From Lachnospiraceae bacterium (GTDB taxonomy: Bacteria > Bacillota > Clostridia > Lachnospirales > Lachnospiraceae): a stretch of DNA of 64,000 bases. Shown here in pieces: positions 54,626-64,000 of the stretch. How positions within the stretch are numbered: position 1 is the stretch's first letter; each line of letters opens with the position of its first letter. The position numbers and the translations under genes were made by a program. The notes under the pieces are model-generated. The model had not been told where the DNA came from and did no database searches. It saw nothing but the letters and a program-made list of their open reading frames with translations. Location: contig JALFLM010000028.1 of assembly GCA_022774705.1 (NCBI GenBank), positions 1,066 through 65,065 on the forward strand, in the 5' to 3' direction.

Positions 54626-54680
54626 CTGACACATGTGCTATGTTAATCCGTTACGCAATTTACAGTAACACATGTGTCAG
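54626..54680. promoter_or_regulatory. 12-bp perfect inverted repeat upstream of the Tad-like operon (candidate operator or leader hairpin)
   Basis: CTGACACATGTG (54626-54637) and CACATGTGTCAG (54669-54680) are separated by a 31-bp spacer. A TTGACA hexamer on the minus strand (54685-54690) abuts the distal arm. Confidence 0.35.
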
Positions 54681-54762
54681 TGATTGTCAATATAGTCATA
54701 AATTTATAACAATCTTTATAATCCTTTTAGATTTGGCAAAAAAATTTAATAATCCCTGCGGA

Positions 54763-55686
54763 TCAGTCTTCCCACACTTTTTCAGGGTACAGGCCGTTTC
54801 TGCGCATGGAGGCCAGGGCGTCCACCACAGACTGTTTATCCTCATGGTAAGTCACACCGTACCATTTATCCTCGGATTTCAGAACTTTCACATCTGCTTT
54901 TTCTTCTTCCAGAAGGGCCGTAACCACAAAAGGCAGGAAATATTCACATTTCAGAGGGTTGGAGGGCAGATTATCCTTCAGGAATCCGGCAAACCGGTTC
55001 TCCAGTTCCTTCAGAAAACTTTTTCCAAAGCCCCACATATTCATGGAAACTACTGTTTCCGGTGAAATATCAGTCCAGGTTTTTCCCTGATCTTCGGAAT
55101 ATGCCGCTCCTTCTCCCCGTTTGACGATCATGGTCCGTTCAGTCACACTGGACAGATTGCTGTTTTCATCCATAACACAGCAGCCTCTGGATACATGCCC
55201 GTTTTCTGTTAATGTATTGCCAAGGCGGTATCCTACCATCACATAATGGTATTTTTCATCATCCTCTGTTGAAGACAGATAGCTGTAAATCTGCCTGAAA
55301 GCAGATTTGCCATAGTAATCGTCGGAATTGATTACGGCAAAAGGACCGTCAAGGACATCCCTGCAGCAAAGCACTGCATGGGCAGTACCGAAAGGTTTCA
55401 CACGTTCTTCAGGAACCTCAAATCCTTCCGGCAGATTGGTAAGTTCCTGATAAACGTAGACAACTTCCGCATGAGCAGCTGCTCTTCTGCCGATTCCCTC
55501 ACGAAAAACCGCTTCGTTTTCTTTCTTTATTATAAATATGATCTTTTTAAAACCGGCTTCAATGGCATCATAAATGGAATAATCGATAATAATATTCCCC
55601 CAGGAATCCACAGGGTCAATCTGTTTCAGTCCTCCATACCGGCTTCCCATACCGGCAGCCATAATTACAAGTGCAGGTTCTTTCAT
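54763..55686 (-). CDS. Sugar-phosphate nucleotidyltransferase family protein
   Basis: 307-aa ORF. The N-terminal motif LVIMAAGMGSRYGGLKQ is G-rich and NTP-binding. GTAHAV and NSDDYYG are also present. Confidence 0.75.
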   Translation of the reverse strand: MKEPALVIMAAGMGSRYGGLKQIDPVDSWGNIIIDYSIYDAIEAGFKKIIFIIKKENEAVFREGIGRRAAAHAEVVYVYQELTNLPEGFEVPEERVKPFGTAHAVLCCRDVLDGPFAVINSDDYYGKSAFRQIYSYLSSTEDDEKYHYVMVGYRLGNTLTENGHVSRGCCVMDENSNLSSVTERTMIVKRGEGAAYSEDQGKTWTDISPETVVSMNMWGFGKSFLKELENRFAGFLKDNLPSNPLKCEYFLPFVVTALLEEEKADVKVLKSEDKWYGVTYHEDKQSVVDALASMRRNGLYPEKVWED

Positions 55687-55863
55687 ATCGCTCCTCCTTC
55701 AATCCGGGATTCCGACCCGCCGCACGGTCCATCCATCCCTGTAATTACTTCCGAAAATTTCATAATCTTTTTTTGCAGTATTTTCCTGTCCTGCTGTAAA
55801 ATCTTCACGAACATATCAGTATCATTATAATACAAAACCCCTTTACTGACCAGTCCCTGTTTT

Positions 55864-57132
55864 CTACAGGACGGACCGGCGCCGCATCCGTCTGTTTCTG
55901 TCTCCCAGCATCCCTTCCGCCTGCAGAAGCCGGTACAGTGTGGGAGAAAAATGAAATTCATTCATAAGATTCTCCACTTCCTCCAGATACTGCTCCTTTC
56001 CGGACATTTCCTGACGTACAGCACGAATCAGCAGATTTTTCGGTGTATTATCCATATCCACAAACTCCAGCAGCTGGGTTTTATAGCCGCAGTACTCCAG
56101 CAGATTGGCACGAACAGCATCTGTCATCAGCGCAGATGTTCTTTCTTTTACGATTCCGTAACGTCCCAGCAGGGACAGATTGTCGCTGGAAAACTGTTTG
56201 TTCAGTTCATGCTGACAGCAGGGAACCGAGAAACTCATGCGGGCCTTCCAGCAGATTGCATGGAACAGAGCATAATCTGTAGCCGTATCACAGGCATGAA
56301 GGGTAATCACCATATCAGCCGGTTTTTCACTTTTATAGCCGTTGATATCGCCCATTTCAAAATGCAGACCGGTGTATCCGTATTTTTCCGCGGCCCTGTT
56401 ACAGTTTTGAATCACCGTCTCCTTCAGATCGAGGCCTGTCATATCCACCTTCATATGACGTATCTCCGTAAAATAATAATACAGAATAAAGGTCAGATAT
56501 GATTTGCCGCACCCGAAATCAACGATTTTCAGGCAGTCCTGATTCAGATTTTTCACCGCATCATCCACGATTTCCACAAACCGGTTGATCTGGCGGAATT
56601 TGTCCTGCATGGAAGCCACAACCCGGCCGTCTTTCGTAAAAATCCCCATATCAACCAGCGGCGGAATCACTTCTCCCTCTGCCAGGATATACTGTTTCTT
56701 CCGGTTATGCTCCAGCTGCGCCTGGGGTTTTGAACTGCTTTCGTCCAGATTTTTCTTTTTCCAGGAAATTTTCCCCTTTCTTGAAATCAGAATACTGAAC
56801 TCACAGTTTTCCGACCAGGCATTCATCTGCAGAAACTGTTCCGGCATGAAATCAGCGCAGCGGGAAACCGCTCTGGAAAATGCCAGATTCTCATGGAAGA
56901 CCTGGGTTTTCGTATATCTTTCCACCTGATAATATCCTTTTTTCAGCAAAATATTGATTTTTTTATTCTCCTGGCTTTTTGAAACCGGCTTGCTGATCAC
57001 CAGTTTATAAGGCCTGGACTCCATTATTTCCTGCACATGGGAGGAAAGTTCCGCCTTCATCGCCTCCGGATCCCGCTGATTTCTGTTATCTTCCATATCT
57101 TCTGCTCCTTCATCCATGATTTGCTCTTTCAT
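55864..57132 (-). CDS. Class I SAM-dependent methyltransferase with an N-terminal extra domain
   Basis: 422-aa ORF. The SAM motif I is IVDFGCGKSYLTF, followed by a DL..acidic motif. The substrate is unknown. Confidence 0.7.
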   Translation of the reverse strand: MKEQIMDEGAEDMEDNRNQRDPEAMKAELSSHVQEIMESRPYKLVISKPVSKSQENKKINILLKKGYYQVERYTKTQVFHENLAFSRAVSRCADFMPEQFLQMNAWSENCEFSILISRKGKISWKKKNLDESSSKPQAQLEHNRKKQYILAEGEVIPPLVDMGIFTKDGRVVASMQDKFRQINRFVEIVDDAVKNLNQDCLKIVDFGCGKSYLTFILYYYFTEIRHMKVDMTGLDLKETVIQNCNRAAEKYGYTGLHFEMGDINGYKSEKPADMVITLHACDTATDYALFHAICWKARMSFSVPCCQHELNKQFSSDNLSLLGRYGIVKERTSALMTDAVRANLLEYCGYKTQLLEFVDMDNTPKNLLIRAVRQEMSGKEQYLEEVENLMNEFHFSPTLYRLLQAEGMLGDRNRRMRRRSVL

Positions 57133-57180
57133 CCATGGCTTTTTCCGATACCCTTCAATTTCTTTATGTTATATTTCATG

Positions 57181-57843
57181 TTATATTTCCTGCCGGAGAA
57201 TCCGCAGAATATCTCCGGGTGTGGCCGCAAGGCTGTCCGCTCCCGCCTTTTCCAGTTCTTCCCTGCTTCCGTATCCGAAAAGAACACCGATGGCTGCAAT
57301 TCCATGGCTGTGAGCGCCGATTATATCATATTCCCGGTCACCCACCATGACTGCAGTTTCCCGGTTTTCTGAAGTAATTCCCGCCTGCCGCAGTGCTTCA
57401 CCTACAACTTCTGCCTTATTAACCCGGGTTCCGTCCAGAAAACTTCCCACAATCCCGTCAAAACAGGAAGTCAGACCAAAATGCTCCAGAATCTGCTCGC
57501 TGAACACCTGCGGTTTGGAGGTCGCCAGAAAAACCCGGCAGCCTTCTGCTTTCAGCTGGCACAGCGTCTCCCCCATCCCATCATAAACAGCATTCTCAAA
57601 AATACCTCCGGCACTGTAATATTCCCGGTAATACTGCACAGCCTTCATGGCCTCTTCCGTTGAAAATCCATAAAACCGCTCAAAAGAATCATTCAGCGGA
57701 GGTCCCACAAAACGCCGGAGAACGGCTCTGTCGGGATTTGTAATACCGAATCTGCTCAGCGCATACTGTACGGAATTCATAATTCCAGGTCCGGAATCCG
57801 TAATAGTTCCATCCAGATCAAATAAAACAACCTGATATTTCAT
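57181..57843 (-). CDS. HAD-IA family hydrolase (phosphoglycolate phosphatase-like)
   Basis: 220-aa ORF. VVLFDLDGTITDS, LATSK and VGDREYDIIGA are present. Confidence 0.85.
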   Translation of the reverse strand: MKYQVVLFDLDGTITDSGPGIMNSVQYALSRFGITNPDRAVLRRFVGPPLNDSFERFYGFSTEEAMKAVQYYREYYSAGGIFENAVYDGMGETLCQLKAEGCRVFLATSKPQVFSEQILEHFGLTSCFDGIVGSFLDGTRVNKAEVVGEALRQAGITSENRETAVMVGDREYDIIGAHSHGIAAIGVLFGYGSREELEKAGADSLAATPGDILRILRQEI

Positions 57844-57858
57844 AAATCATCTTCTCCT

Positions 57859-57926
57859 GTCTTTATTCATTTCCGGTCTTTATTCATTTCCGGTTTTTAT
57901 CCATTTCAGCTTTTTATTCTTTATCA
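57859..57926. repeat. Degenerate 17-bp tandem repeat (about 4 units) in an intergenic region
   Basis: GTCTTTATTCATTTCCG occurs twice exactly (57859-57892), then GTTTTTATCCATTTCAG and CTTTTTATTCTTTATCA. Confidence 0.7.
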
Positions 57927-59057
57927 CCGGATTTCCTCGTCTGTCATGGAAAAATCCTCATCTACACAGTCTGCCGCCGCCATGATATCCGGCAGTAAAA
58001 ACGCTCCGGCGGCGGCTGCTGCGCCGGCCACAATCAGATGCAGGGTTTCTGCCAGACAGGGGGACCACACAGCAGTGCATCCTGCGGCAAGAAGTACCAC
58101 AGGAATTCCTATCGGTACCGCAATACTCATATTTCTCAGATACCACCGCCGGCTGTGTTGTGTAAAAGCCAGCTGCTCCCGTACCTTTTCCAGTTCCGGT
58201 CTGATGCGGATCAGCACCGCCGCTGTCAGAAGCAGGGCCGTCACGACAAAACCGGCCGCATACCATCCTGCCCCCGACCGGTTCCGGCTCAGCTGATAAA
58301 GAGCTGTTATGTATACCATCAATGCGTCAAACAGCATGCCTGCTGTGTACAGGAGCATTACTTCCGCACCGCGCACCTCCGGTTCCTGAATCCATTTTCC
58401 GATAATCCGCCGCGTCTCCCCTGTCAGATAAGCAGTTCCCACTACAGACGCAGCAAAAACCAGCAGATACAATACGATCATAAAAACAGAGCCCGACAGA
58501 TACCGCGTCTTCTTCCCGACCAGATCGACACCTGCCTTTTCACTCTGCTTCCGGACAAAGGACATGGCACAGCTTTCGGTCTCCTGATTCCCTGCCTTCT
58601 CCAGCTGTTCCTCCATCAGATCCCGGATTTCCTGATAATCTGTTTTTGCCAGATCACCGTTTTCTTCCAGCAGACTCTCCAGCTCCTCCTGGTCCATCAC
58701 AGAGAGTTTCTGCACAACAGCCTGAGGTACCAGAAACTTCCGCTCCAGTTCTGACATACTGTCCGAAGTTTTGAAACGGTCATCAAGATAATAGAAACCG
58801 TCTTCCTTCTTTTCATAGCAGTCATTCCACAGAGATCTTTCAGAGTCCGACATATACAGCTCCACTCTCTGCCATGCATCCGGTGTCAGCGCATCAGCCA
58901 CCATATACTGAATCCCGCTGCTTTTTGCACCGGTATCCCTCATACGGTACACAGAGCCAGAAACCCCGGTAATACAGTACAGTTCAATCAGAAAAAGCAG
59001 AAAAATTCCGCCCACATACTGCCAGTGTGCCAGCAAATTTTTCATAATCCGCTTCAT
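57924..59057 (-). CDS. Hypothetical polytopic membrane protein
   Basis: The ATG at 59057 (MKRIMKNLLAHWQY) has an AAGGAGA RBS; the track start is 59195. There is one N-terminal TM segment, an acidic ~170-aa domain, then 5-6 TM segments. Confidence 0.6.
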   Translation of the reverse strand: MKRIMKNLLAHWQYVGGIFLLFLIELYCITGVSGSVYRMRDTGAKSSGIQYMVADALTPDAWQRVELYMSDSERSLWNDCYEKKEDGFYYLDDRFKTSDSMSELERKFLVPQAVVQKLSVMDQEELESLLEENGDLAKTDYQEIRDLMEEQLEKAGNQETESCAMSFVRKQSEKAGVDLVGKKTRYLSGSVFMIVLYLLVFAASVVGTAYLTGETRRIIGKWIQEPEVRGAEVMLLYTAGMLFDALMVYITALYQLSRNRSGAGWYAAGFVVTALLLTAAVLIRIRPELEKVREQLAFTQHSRRWYLRNMSIAVPIGIPVVLLAAGCTAVWSPCLAETLHLIVAGAAAAAGAFLLPDIMAAADCVDEDFSMTDEEIR

Positions 59058-59188
59058 ATTTGTCTCCTTTATCGTTTGCTTCCTACAGTATAACACAGGT
59101 TGTCCTTTTCGGAACATGAAATTATCTTTTTTGGTCAGTATGCCTTGATTTCCTGAAAAACCCCGGAAAGTATCAGTAAATGTGCGCC

Positions 59189-59218
59189 TTGACACCCTGA
59201 CCCACCGATTATTATAAT
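59189..59218 (+). promoter_or_regulatory. Candidate sigma-A promoter of glgP
   Basis: TTGACA (59189-59194), an 18-nt spacer, then TATAAT (59213-59218), about 95 nt upstream of the glgP ATG. Confidence 0.55.
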
Positions 59219-59314
59219 AAACACTGATTCCAATTATAGGTCAATCTGGAAAATCGTGCCAGCCGCACATTTTCCGGATACTCTGTAACAAGAGGTACAC
59301 AGGAGGTATGAAGA

Positions 59315-61792
59315 ATGAGCACAACCTTGGATAAGGAAACATTCAAAGCTGATGTAAAGAACTACCTGAAGACACTTTACAGAAAAACAGTTGACGATGC
59401 AAGCAAGCAGCAGATTTTCAATGCTGTTGCCTATGCATTAAAGGAAGTGATTGTTGAGCAGTGGATGGCAACCCACAAGGCTTACGATGAACAGGATGCC
59501 AAGATGGTATATTACCTGTCCATGGAGTTTCTGATGGGCCGCGCACTGGGCAACAATATCATCAATCTGCAGGCATCCGAAGTGGTAAAATCCGCTCTGG
59601 ACGAACTGGGTCTGGATTTGAACGTCATCGAAGATCAGGAAAGAGACTATGCACTGGGTAACGGCGGACTTGGCCGTCTTGCCGCATGTTTCCTGGACTC
59701 TCTGGCAACTCTGGGCTATCCCGCATACGGATGTGGTATCCGTTACAAATACGGTATGTTCAAACAGCAGATTGTTGACGGCTATCAGAAGGAAGTTCCG
59801 GATGACTGGCTGAAAAACGGCAACCCCTTTGAAATCCGTCGTGATGAATACGCCAAAGAAGTGCGCTTCGGCGGCTACACAAAGGTGGAATACGATTCCA
59901 ACGGACGCCCTCATTACAAACAGGAAGGCTATCAGGCAGTGCGTGCTGTTCCCTATGATCTGCCTATCGTAGGATACGGCAACAATGTAGTTAATACTCT
60001 GCGTATCTGGGATGCAGAACCCGTAACAGCATTCGATCTGGAAGATTTCGGCCGCGGCGACTACCGCAAGGCTGTTGAATCGGAAAATCTGGCAAGAAAT
60101 ATCGTAGAAGTTCTCTATCCCTGCGATGATCACTATGCAGGCAAGGAACTGCGTCTGAAGCAGCAGTATTTCTTTATTTCCGCTTCCGTTCAGACCGCTG
60201 TGAAAAAATACCTGAAAAATCCCAAACACACGGATATCCGTAATCTGCCGGAAAAGGTATGCTTCCAGCTGAATGATACCCATCCTACTGTTGCTGTTCC
60301 CGAACTGATGCGTCTGCTGATGGACGAATATGGTCTGGAATGGGATGAAGCATGGGAAATCACCAACAAAACCTGCGCTTACACCAACCACACCATCATG
60401 GCGGAAGCACTGGAAAAATGGCCCATTGAGCTGTTCTCCCGTCTGCTGCCCCGTATTTATCAGATTGTGGAAGAAATCAACCGCCGTTTCTGCATCGAAC
60501 TGCAGCAGAGATATCCCAACTGCTACAAGGAAAAGATTGCAAAGATGGCAGTTATTTACGACGGACAGATCCGCATGGCCAATATGGCAATCATTGCCGG
60601 TTTCTCCGTAAACGGTGTTGCACGCTTACATACCGAAATCCTGAAGAATCAGGAGCTGAAGGATTTCTACGAGATGTATCCTGAAAAATTCAACAACAAG
60701 ACCAATGGCATCACACAGCGTCGTTTCCTGCTTCACGGCAACCCGCTGCTGGCTGACTGGGTAACCGGCAAGATCGGCGATGAATGGATCACCGACCTGT
60801 CCAGGATGAAAGGTCTGGAGGTCTACGCAACCGACCCCAAATGCCAGGCTGAATTCATGGAAATCAAATACCAGAACAAGGTTCGTCTTGCAAAATACAT
60901 CAAGGAACACAACAACATCGATGTGGATCCCAATTCCATTTTCGATGTACAGGTAAAACGTCTGCACGAATACAAACGTCAGCTTCTGAATATCCTGCAC
61001 GTTATGTATCTGTACAACAAGATCAAGGAACATCCCGATATGGATTTCTACCCCAGAACATTCATTTTCGGTGCAAAAGCTGCTGCCGGATACAGACTGG
61101 CCAAGCTGACCATCAAGCTGATCAACAGCGTTGCTGATGTTGTCAACAATGATCCTTCCATCAACGGCAAGATCAAAGTTGTATTCATCGAAGACTACCG
61201 TGTATCCAATGCGGAATGGATTTTCGCAGCATCCGATGTCAGCGAACAGATTTCTACTGCAAGTAAGGAAGCTTCCGGTACCGGCAACATGAAGTTCATG
61301 CTGAACGGCGCACTGACTCTGGGTACCATGGATGGTGCCAACGTGGAAATCGTTGAAGAAGTAGGCAATGATTACGCTTTCATCTTCGGTCTTTCCGCTC
61401 AGGAAGTTATTGACTACCAGAACCACGGCGGCTACAACCCCATGGACATCTTCAACAATGACATGGAAATCCGCCAGGTACTGATGCAGCTGATCAATGG
61501 GTTCTATTCACCTGACGATCCGGATCGTTTCAGGGATCTGTATAACTCTCTGCTGAATACCTACGTAACCTCAAAAGCAGATACCTATTTCATTCTGAAG
61601 GACTTCCGCTCCTACGCAGACGCTCAGTGCCGCGTAGAAGCCGCTTACAGAAACACAGACTGGTGGGCAGAAGCAGCCATCCGCAACGTGGCAAATGTTG
61701 GCAAATTCTCATCCGACAGAACCATCCAGGACTATGTGGATGACATCTGGCATCTGGACAAAATCAAAGTGGAACTGGATTCTGAAGAATAG
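59315..61792 (+). CDS. glgP: Glycogen/maltodextrin (alpha-glucan) phosphorylase
   Basis: 825-aa ORF. YLSMEFLMGR, GNGGLGRLAACFLDS and EASGTGNMKFMLNGALTLGTMDGANVE (PLP Lys) are present. Confidence 0.95.
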   Translation: MSTTLDKETFKADVKNYLKTLYRKTVDDASKQQIFNAVAYALKEVIVEQWMATHKAYDEQDAKMVYYLSMEFLMGRALGNNIINLQASEVVKSALDELGLDLNVIEDQERDYALGNGGLGRLAACFLDSLATLGYPAYGCGIRYKYGMFKQQIVDGYQKEVPDDWLKNGNPFEIRRDEYAKEVRFGGYTKVEYDSNGRPHYKQEGYQAVRAVPYDLPIVGYGNNVVNTLRIWDAEPVTAFDLEDFGRGDYRKAVESENLARNIVEVLYPCDDHYAGKELRLKQQYFFISASVQTAVKKYLKNPKHTDIRNLPEKVCFQLNDTHPTVAVPELMRLLMDEYGLEWDEAWEITNKTCAYTNHTIMAEALEKWPIELFSRLLPRIYQIVEEINRRFCIELQQRYPNCYKEKIAKMAVIYDGQIRMANMAIIAGFSVNGVARLHTEILKNQELKDFYEMYPEKFNNKTNGITQRRFLLHGNPLLADWVTGKIGDEWITDLSRMKGLEVYATDPKCQAEFMEIKYQNKVRLAKYIKEHNNIDVDPNSIFDVQVKRLHEYKRQLLNILHVMYLYNKIKEHPDMDFYPRTFIFGAKAAAGYRLAKLTIKLINSVADVVNNDPSINGKIKVVFIEDYRVSNAEWIFAASDVSEQISTASKEASGTGNMKFMLNGALTLGTMDGANVEIVEEVGNDYAFIFGLSAQEVIDYQNHGGYNPMDIFNNDMEIRQVLMQLINGFYSPDDPDRFRDLYNSLLNTYVTSKADTYFILKDFRSYADAQCRVEAAYRNTDWWAEAAIRNVANVGKFSSDRTIQDYVDDIWHLDKIKVELDSEE

Positions 61793-61805
61793 AATTTACG
61801 AATAC

Positions 61806-61855
61806 AAAATACCCTGCACGGGGACGTTTTATACGTTCCCGATGCAGGGTATTTT
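61806..61855. terminator. Bidirectional terminator between glgP (+) and ribH (-)
   Basis: AAAATACCCTGCACGGGGACGT pairs with ACGTTCCCGATGCAGGGTATTTT in a long, nearly perfect hairpin with A/T runs on both sides. Confidence 0.75.
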
Positions 61856-61887
61856 GTGATTTTGCAGCTATAAAACCCGAACAGTAA

Positions 61888-62355
61888 TTACTCTCCCATT
61901 ACCCGGATCAGATTGATCATTTCCACAGCGCCAAGGGCACAGTCGTAACCTTTGTTGCCTGCCTTTGTGCCTGCCCGCTCGATAGCCTGTTCAATGGTGT
62001 CTGTGGTCAGTACACCGAACATTACCGGGATATCGCTGTTTAATGACACTGCAGCAATGCCTTTCGATACTTCCGCGCACACATAATCATAGTGAGATGT
62101 GCTTCCCCGGATGACAGCGCCCACACAGATGATGGCATCGTATTTGCCGCATTTTGCCATCTTTGATGCGATCAGAGGGATTTCAAATGCGCCCGGAACC
62201 CATGCCACATCGATCATGTCGTCTTTTACTCCATGACGTACCAGACCGTCCACTGCACCGCTTAACAGTTTATTTACGATGAATTCATTAAAACGTGCTG
62301 CTACAATTCCGATCCGTACATCTCCTGCAATCATATTGCCTTCTAAAACTCTCAT
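61888..62355 (-). CDS. ribH: 6,7-dimethyl-8-ribityllumazine synthase
   Basis: 155-aa [23 protein letters not shown] and G.TSHYDYV are present. Confidence 0.95.
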   Translation of the reverse strand: MRVLEGNMIAGDVRIGIVAARFNEFIVNKLLSGAVDGLVRHGVKDDMIDVAWVPGAFEIPLIASKMAKCGKYDAIICVGAVIRGSTSHYDYVCAEVSKGIAAVSLNSDIPVMFGVLTTDTIEQAIERAGTKAGNKGYDCALGAVEMINLIRVMGE

Positions 62356-62479
62356 ATTGCTTTACTCCTTTAACTGTTTATTCTTAATTTTTCGGCCTGA
62401 GGCTTTCATTTTTTTCTTATAATCTTATTCTTTTAATCCGCTGCTCTGCCGGACTGTTTCATATGCTTAATACTGATGC

Positions 62480-63679
62480 TTAATACTGAATCAGATGCCC
62501 CATCTTTTTCTGCTTTGTTTTCAGATAAAACAGGTCATAGGGCGTGGCTTCCATCTGAATAGGCCGGCGGCCGTTTACCTGCGTTCCGTATTTTTCAAGT
62601 CCTTCAATTTTAAGCGGGTTGTTGGTCATCAGTTCTACTGATTTCACATCCAGATCCCTTAAAATCTGGGAAGCGATGGAATATTCTCTGGCGTCTTCTT
62701 CAAATCCCAGTGCCAGATTGGCCTGTACCGTGTCCATGCCCTGATCCTGCAGCTCGTAGGCACGGATCTTATTGATCAGACCGATGCCGCGTCCCTCCTG
62801 ACGAAGGTAAACCAGCACACCCCGTCCCTCTTTTTCCAGGGCTTTCATAGCGGCGTCATACTGCTGGCCGCAGTCGCAGCGGGCAGAACCAAAAGCGTCT
62901 CCGGTCATGCACTCGGAATGCACACGGCAGAGAACATTATCCCCGCCTGCCACATCCCCTTTGACCAGAGCAATGTGGTGTTCGCCGTTCAATGTATTCT
63001 GATAGCCGTAAACCATAAATTCCCCATAGCGGGTGGGCATCTTTGCCCTTGCTGCACGGACAATCTGCATTTCTGTCCGTCTGCGGTACTCCTGAAGTGC
63101 CTTGATCGTGATGAATTTCAGATTCCATTTTTCCGCCATCTGTGCAATCTCCGGGCTGCGCATCATCGTGCCGTCCTCCCGCATGATCTCGCAGCACAGT
63201 CCGCAGGGCTTCAGGCCTGCAATCCTCATCAGATCAACCGTAGCTTCCGTATGACCGTTTCTCTGCAGGACTCCGCCGGGTCTGGCCTGCAGCGGAAACA
63301 TATGGCCCGGTCTGCGGAAATCTTCCGGCCCGGCATCATCTCTGACACAGGCCATAGCTGTCATGGAGCGCTCCACTGCGGAAATCCCGGTGCTGGTATC
63401 CACTCCGTCAATGGAAACCGTAAATGCCGTGCTGTGGTTGTCCGTATTACAGGAAACCATCTGGGGCAGATTCAGTTTTCTGCACAGTTCCTCATCCATG
63501 GGCATACAGATCAGTCCTTTTGCATGCGTCGCCATGAAATTTACATTTTCCGTGGTGGCAAACTCCGCCGCACAGATCATATCCCCCTCATTCTCCCGGT
63601 TCTCATCATCGGTAACCAGAATAATTTCACCGTTGCGCAGTGCTTCCACTGCCTCTTCTATTGTATTATATTGAAACAC
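62480..63679 (-). CDS. ribBA: Bifunctional 3,4-dihydroxy-2-butanone-4-phosphate synthase / GTP cyclohydrolase II
   Basis: The GTG at 63679 is preceded by AAGGAGG at 8 nt ((M)[17 protein letters not shown]). [10 protein letters not shown] and [18 protein letters not shown] are present. The track start is 63712. Confidence 0.95.
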   Translation of the reverse strand: MFQYNTIEEAVEALRNGEIILVTDDENRENEGDMICAAEFATTENVNFMATHAKGLICMPMDEELCRKLNLPQMVSCNTDNHSTAFTVSIDGVDTSTGISAVERSMTAMACVRDDAGPEDFRRPGHMFPLQARPGGVLQRNGHTEATVDLMRIAGLKPCGLCCEIMREDGTMMRSPEIAQMAEKWNLKFITIKALQEYRRRTEMQIVRAARAKMPTRYGEFMVYGYQNTLNGEHHIALVKGDVAGGDNVLCRVHSECMTGDAFGSARCDCGQQYDAAMKALEKEGRGVLVYLRQEGRGIGLINKIRAYELQDQGMDTVQANLALGFEEDAREYSIASQILRDLDVKSVELMTNNPLKIEGLEKYGTQVNGRRPIQMEATPYDLFYLKTKQKKMGHLIQY

Positions 63680-63717
63680 CCTGTTCAGCCTCCTTAATCC
63701 GTATTCAATCAAATGTT

Positions 63718-63765
63718 GTCAATACATCAATTGTCAATACATCAATTGTCAATCTATCCACTGTC
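63718..63765. repeat. 15-bp tandem repeat (about 3 units) between ribE and ribBA
   Basis: GTCAATACATCAATT occurs twice exactly (63718-63747), then GTCAATCTATCCACT. Confidence 0.7.
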
Positions 63766-63771
63766 GCTGCA

Positions 63772-64000
63772 TCAGAATCCATTTTCCGCCAGCCATTCCA
63801 GACTGATTTTCCCGGAACCGGATGATCTGTACGCCCTTTCTCTGCTTTTATCCATCTCCCTGCTCTCCGGCGCAAGTCCCAGCAGTTTTTCCACATACTT
63901 GGAGATCACATCATTCTCCAGATTCACCACGTCCCCCGTTTTTTTCTCTGAAAGGATTGTTTCCTTTGCTGTATGAGGAATGATCGATACGGAGAATGTG
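63772..64000 (-). CDS. ribE: Riboflavin synthase alpha subunit (3' part only; gene runs off the right window edge)
   Basis: Minus-strand translation gives ...[42 protein letters not shown]... ending at TGA (63772-63774). Not in the ORF track because it is open at the edge. Confidence 0.85.
   Translation of the reverse strand, partial: TFSVSIIPHTAKETILSEKKTGDVVNLENDVISKYVEKLLGLAPESREMDKSRERAYRSSGSGKISLEWLAENGF

Noticed and set aside
57859-57926. Possible CRISPR array (also considered for 63718-63765)
   Set aside because: The units are directly abutting 15-17-bp tandem repeats with no spacers. There are no cas genes in the window.
63680-64000. FMN riboswitch of the rib operon
   Set aside because: The operon continues upstream (ribE, probably ribD) beyond the right edge, so the leader is outside the window. 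The ribE-ribBA spacer contains only a tandem repeat.

Overview
This 64-kb chromosomal segment looks like a Clostridia genome, probably Lachnospiraceae-like. That assignment is an inference from protein signatures and a hand-estimated GC of roughly 45-55%. I call about 60 CDS and two identical tRNA-Gln(CTG) genes. I see no rRNA, CRISPR array, transposase or integrase. All genes except four (DUF2284, cbiK, fbp, glgP) are on the minus strand. Blocks from left to right: (i) The 5' end of a RecF/SMC-like AAA ATPase gene sits at the left window edge. (ii) A capsule/EPS control locus holds a PHP tyrosine phosphatase, an Ig-like protein, two tandem fused Wzz/BY-tyrosine-kinase genes and two CapD-type dehydratase paralogs, but no glycosyltransferase, flippase or polymerase. 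An AT-rich islet encoding a sigma-like, an anti-sigma-like and a secreted protein splits it. (iii) acpP, ybaK, an ABC exporter pair, a eukaryote-type hisA-like gene, a GT2 glycosyltransferase, pyrF and the two tRNAs. (iv) hemC-cobA/hemD-hemB, followed at a 21-bp gap by an XPD/DinG-like helicase with an N-terminal nuclease-like domain, plus divergent cbiK. (v) A C_GCAxxG_C_C protein, nifJ (PFOR), a Cof-type HAD, class 3 fbp, and hemA-sirC-hemL. (vi) efp, yqeG, nrdR, ylmC/ymxH and prfC. (vii) rarA, translationally coupled to three uncharacterised proteins: 1066 aa, a 423-aa degenerate Hsp70/actin-fold protein, and a 271-aa TPR-like protein. (viii) A polysaccharide deacetylase and a non-canonical Tad-like (CpaF ATPase plus fused TadB/C platform) operon with unusual mini-pilin-like proteins and a secreted repeat protein. 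(ix) A nucleotidyltransferase, methyltransferase, HAD, membrane protein, glgP, and ribE(partial)-ribBA-ribH. The best candidates for undescribed biology are the rarA-coupled trio and the atypical Tad-like operon. All functional calls come from reading motifs by eye; no database search was run.
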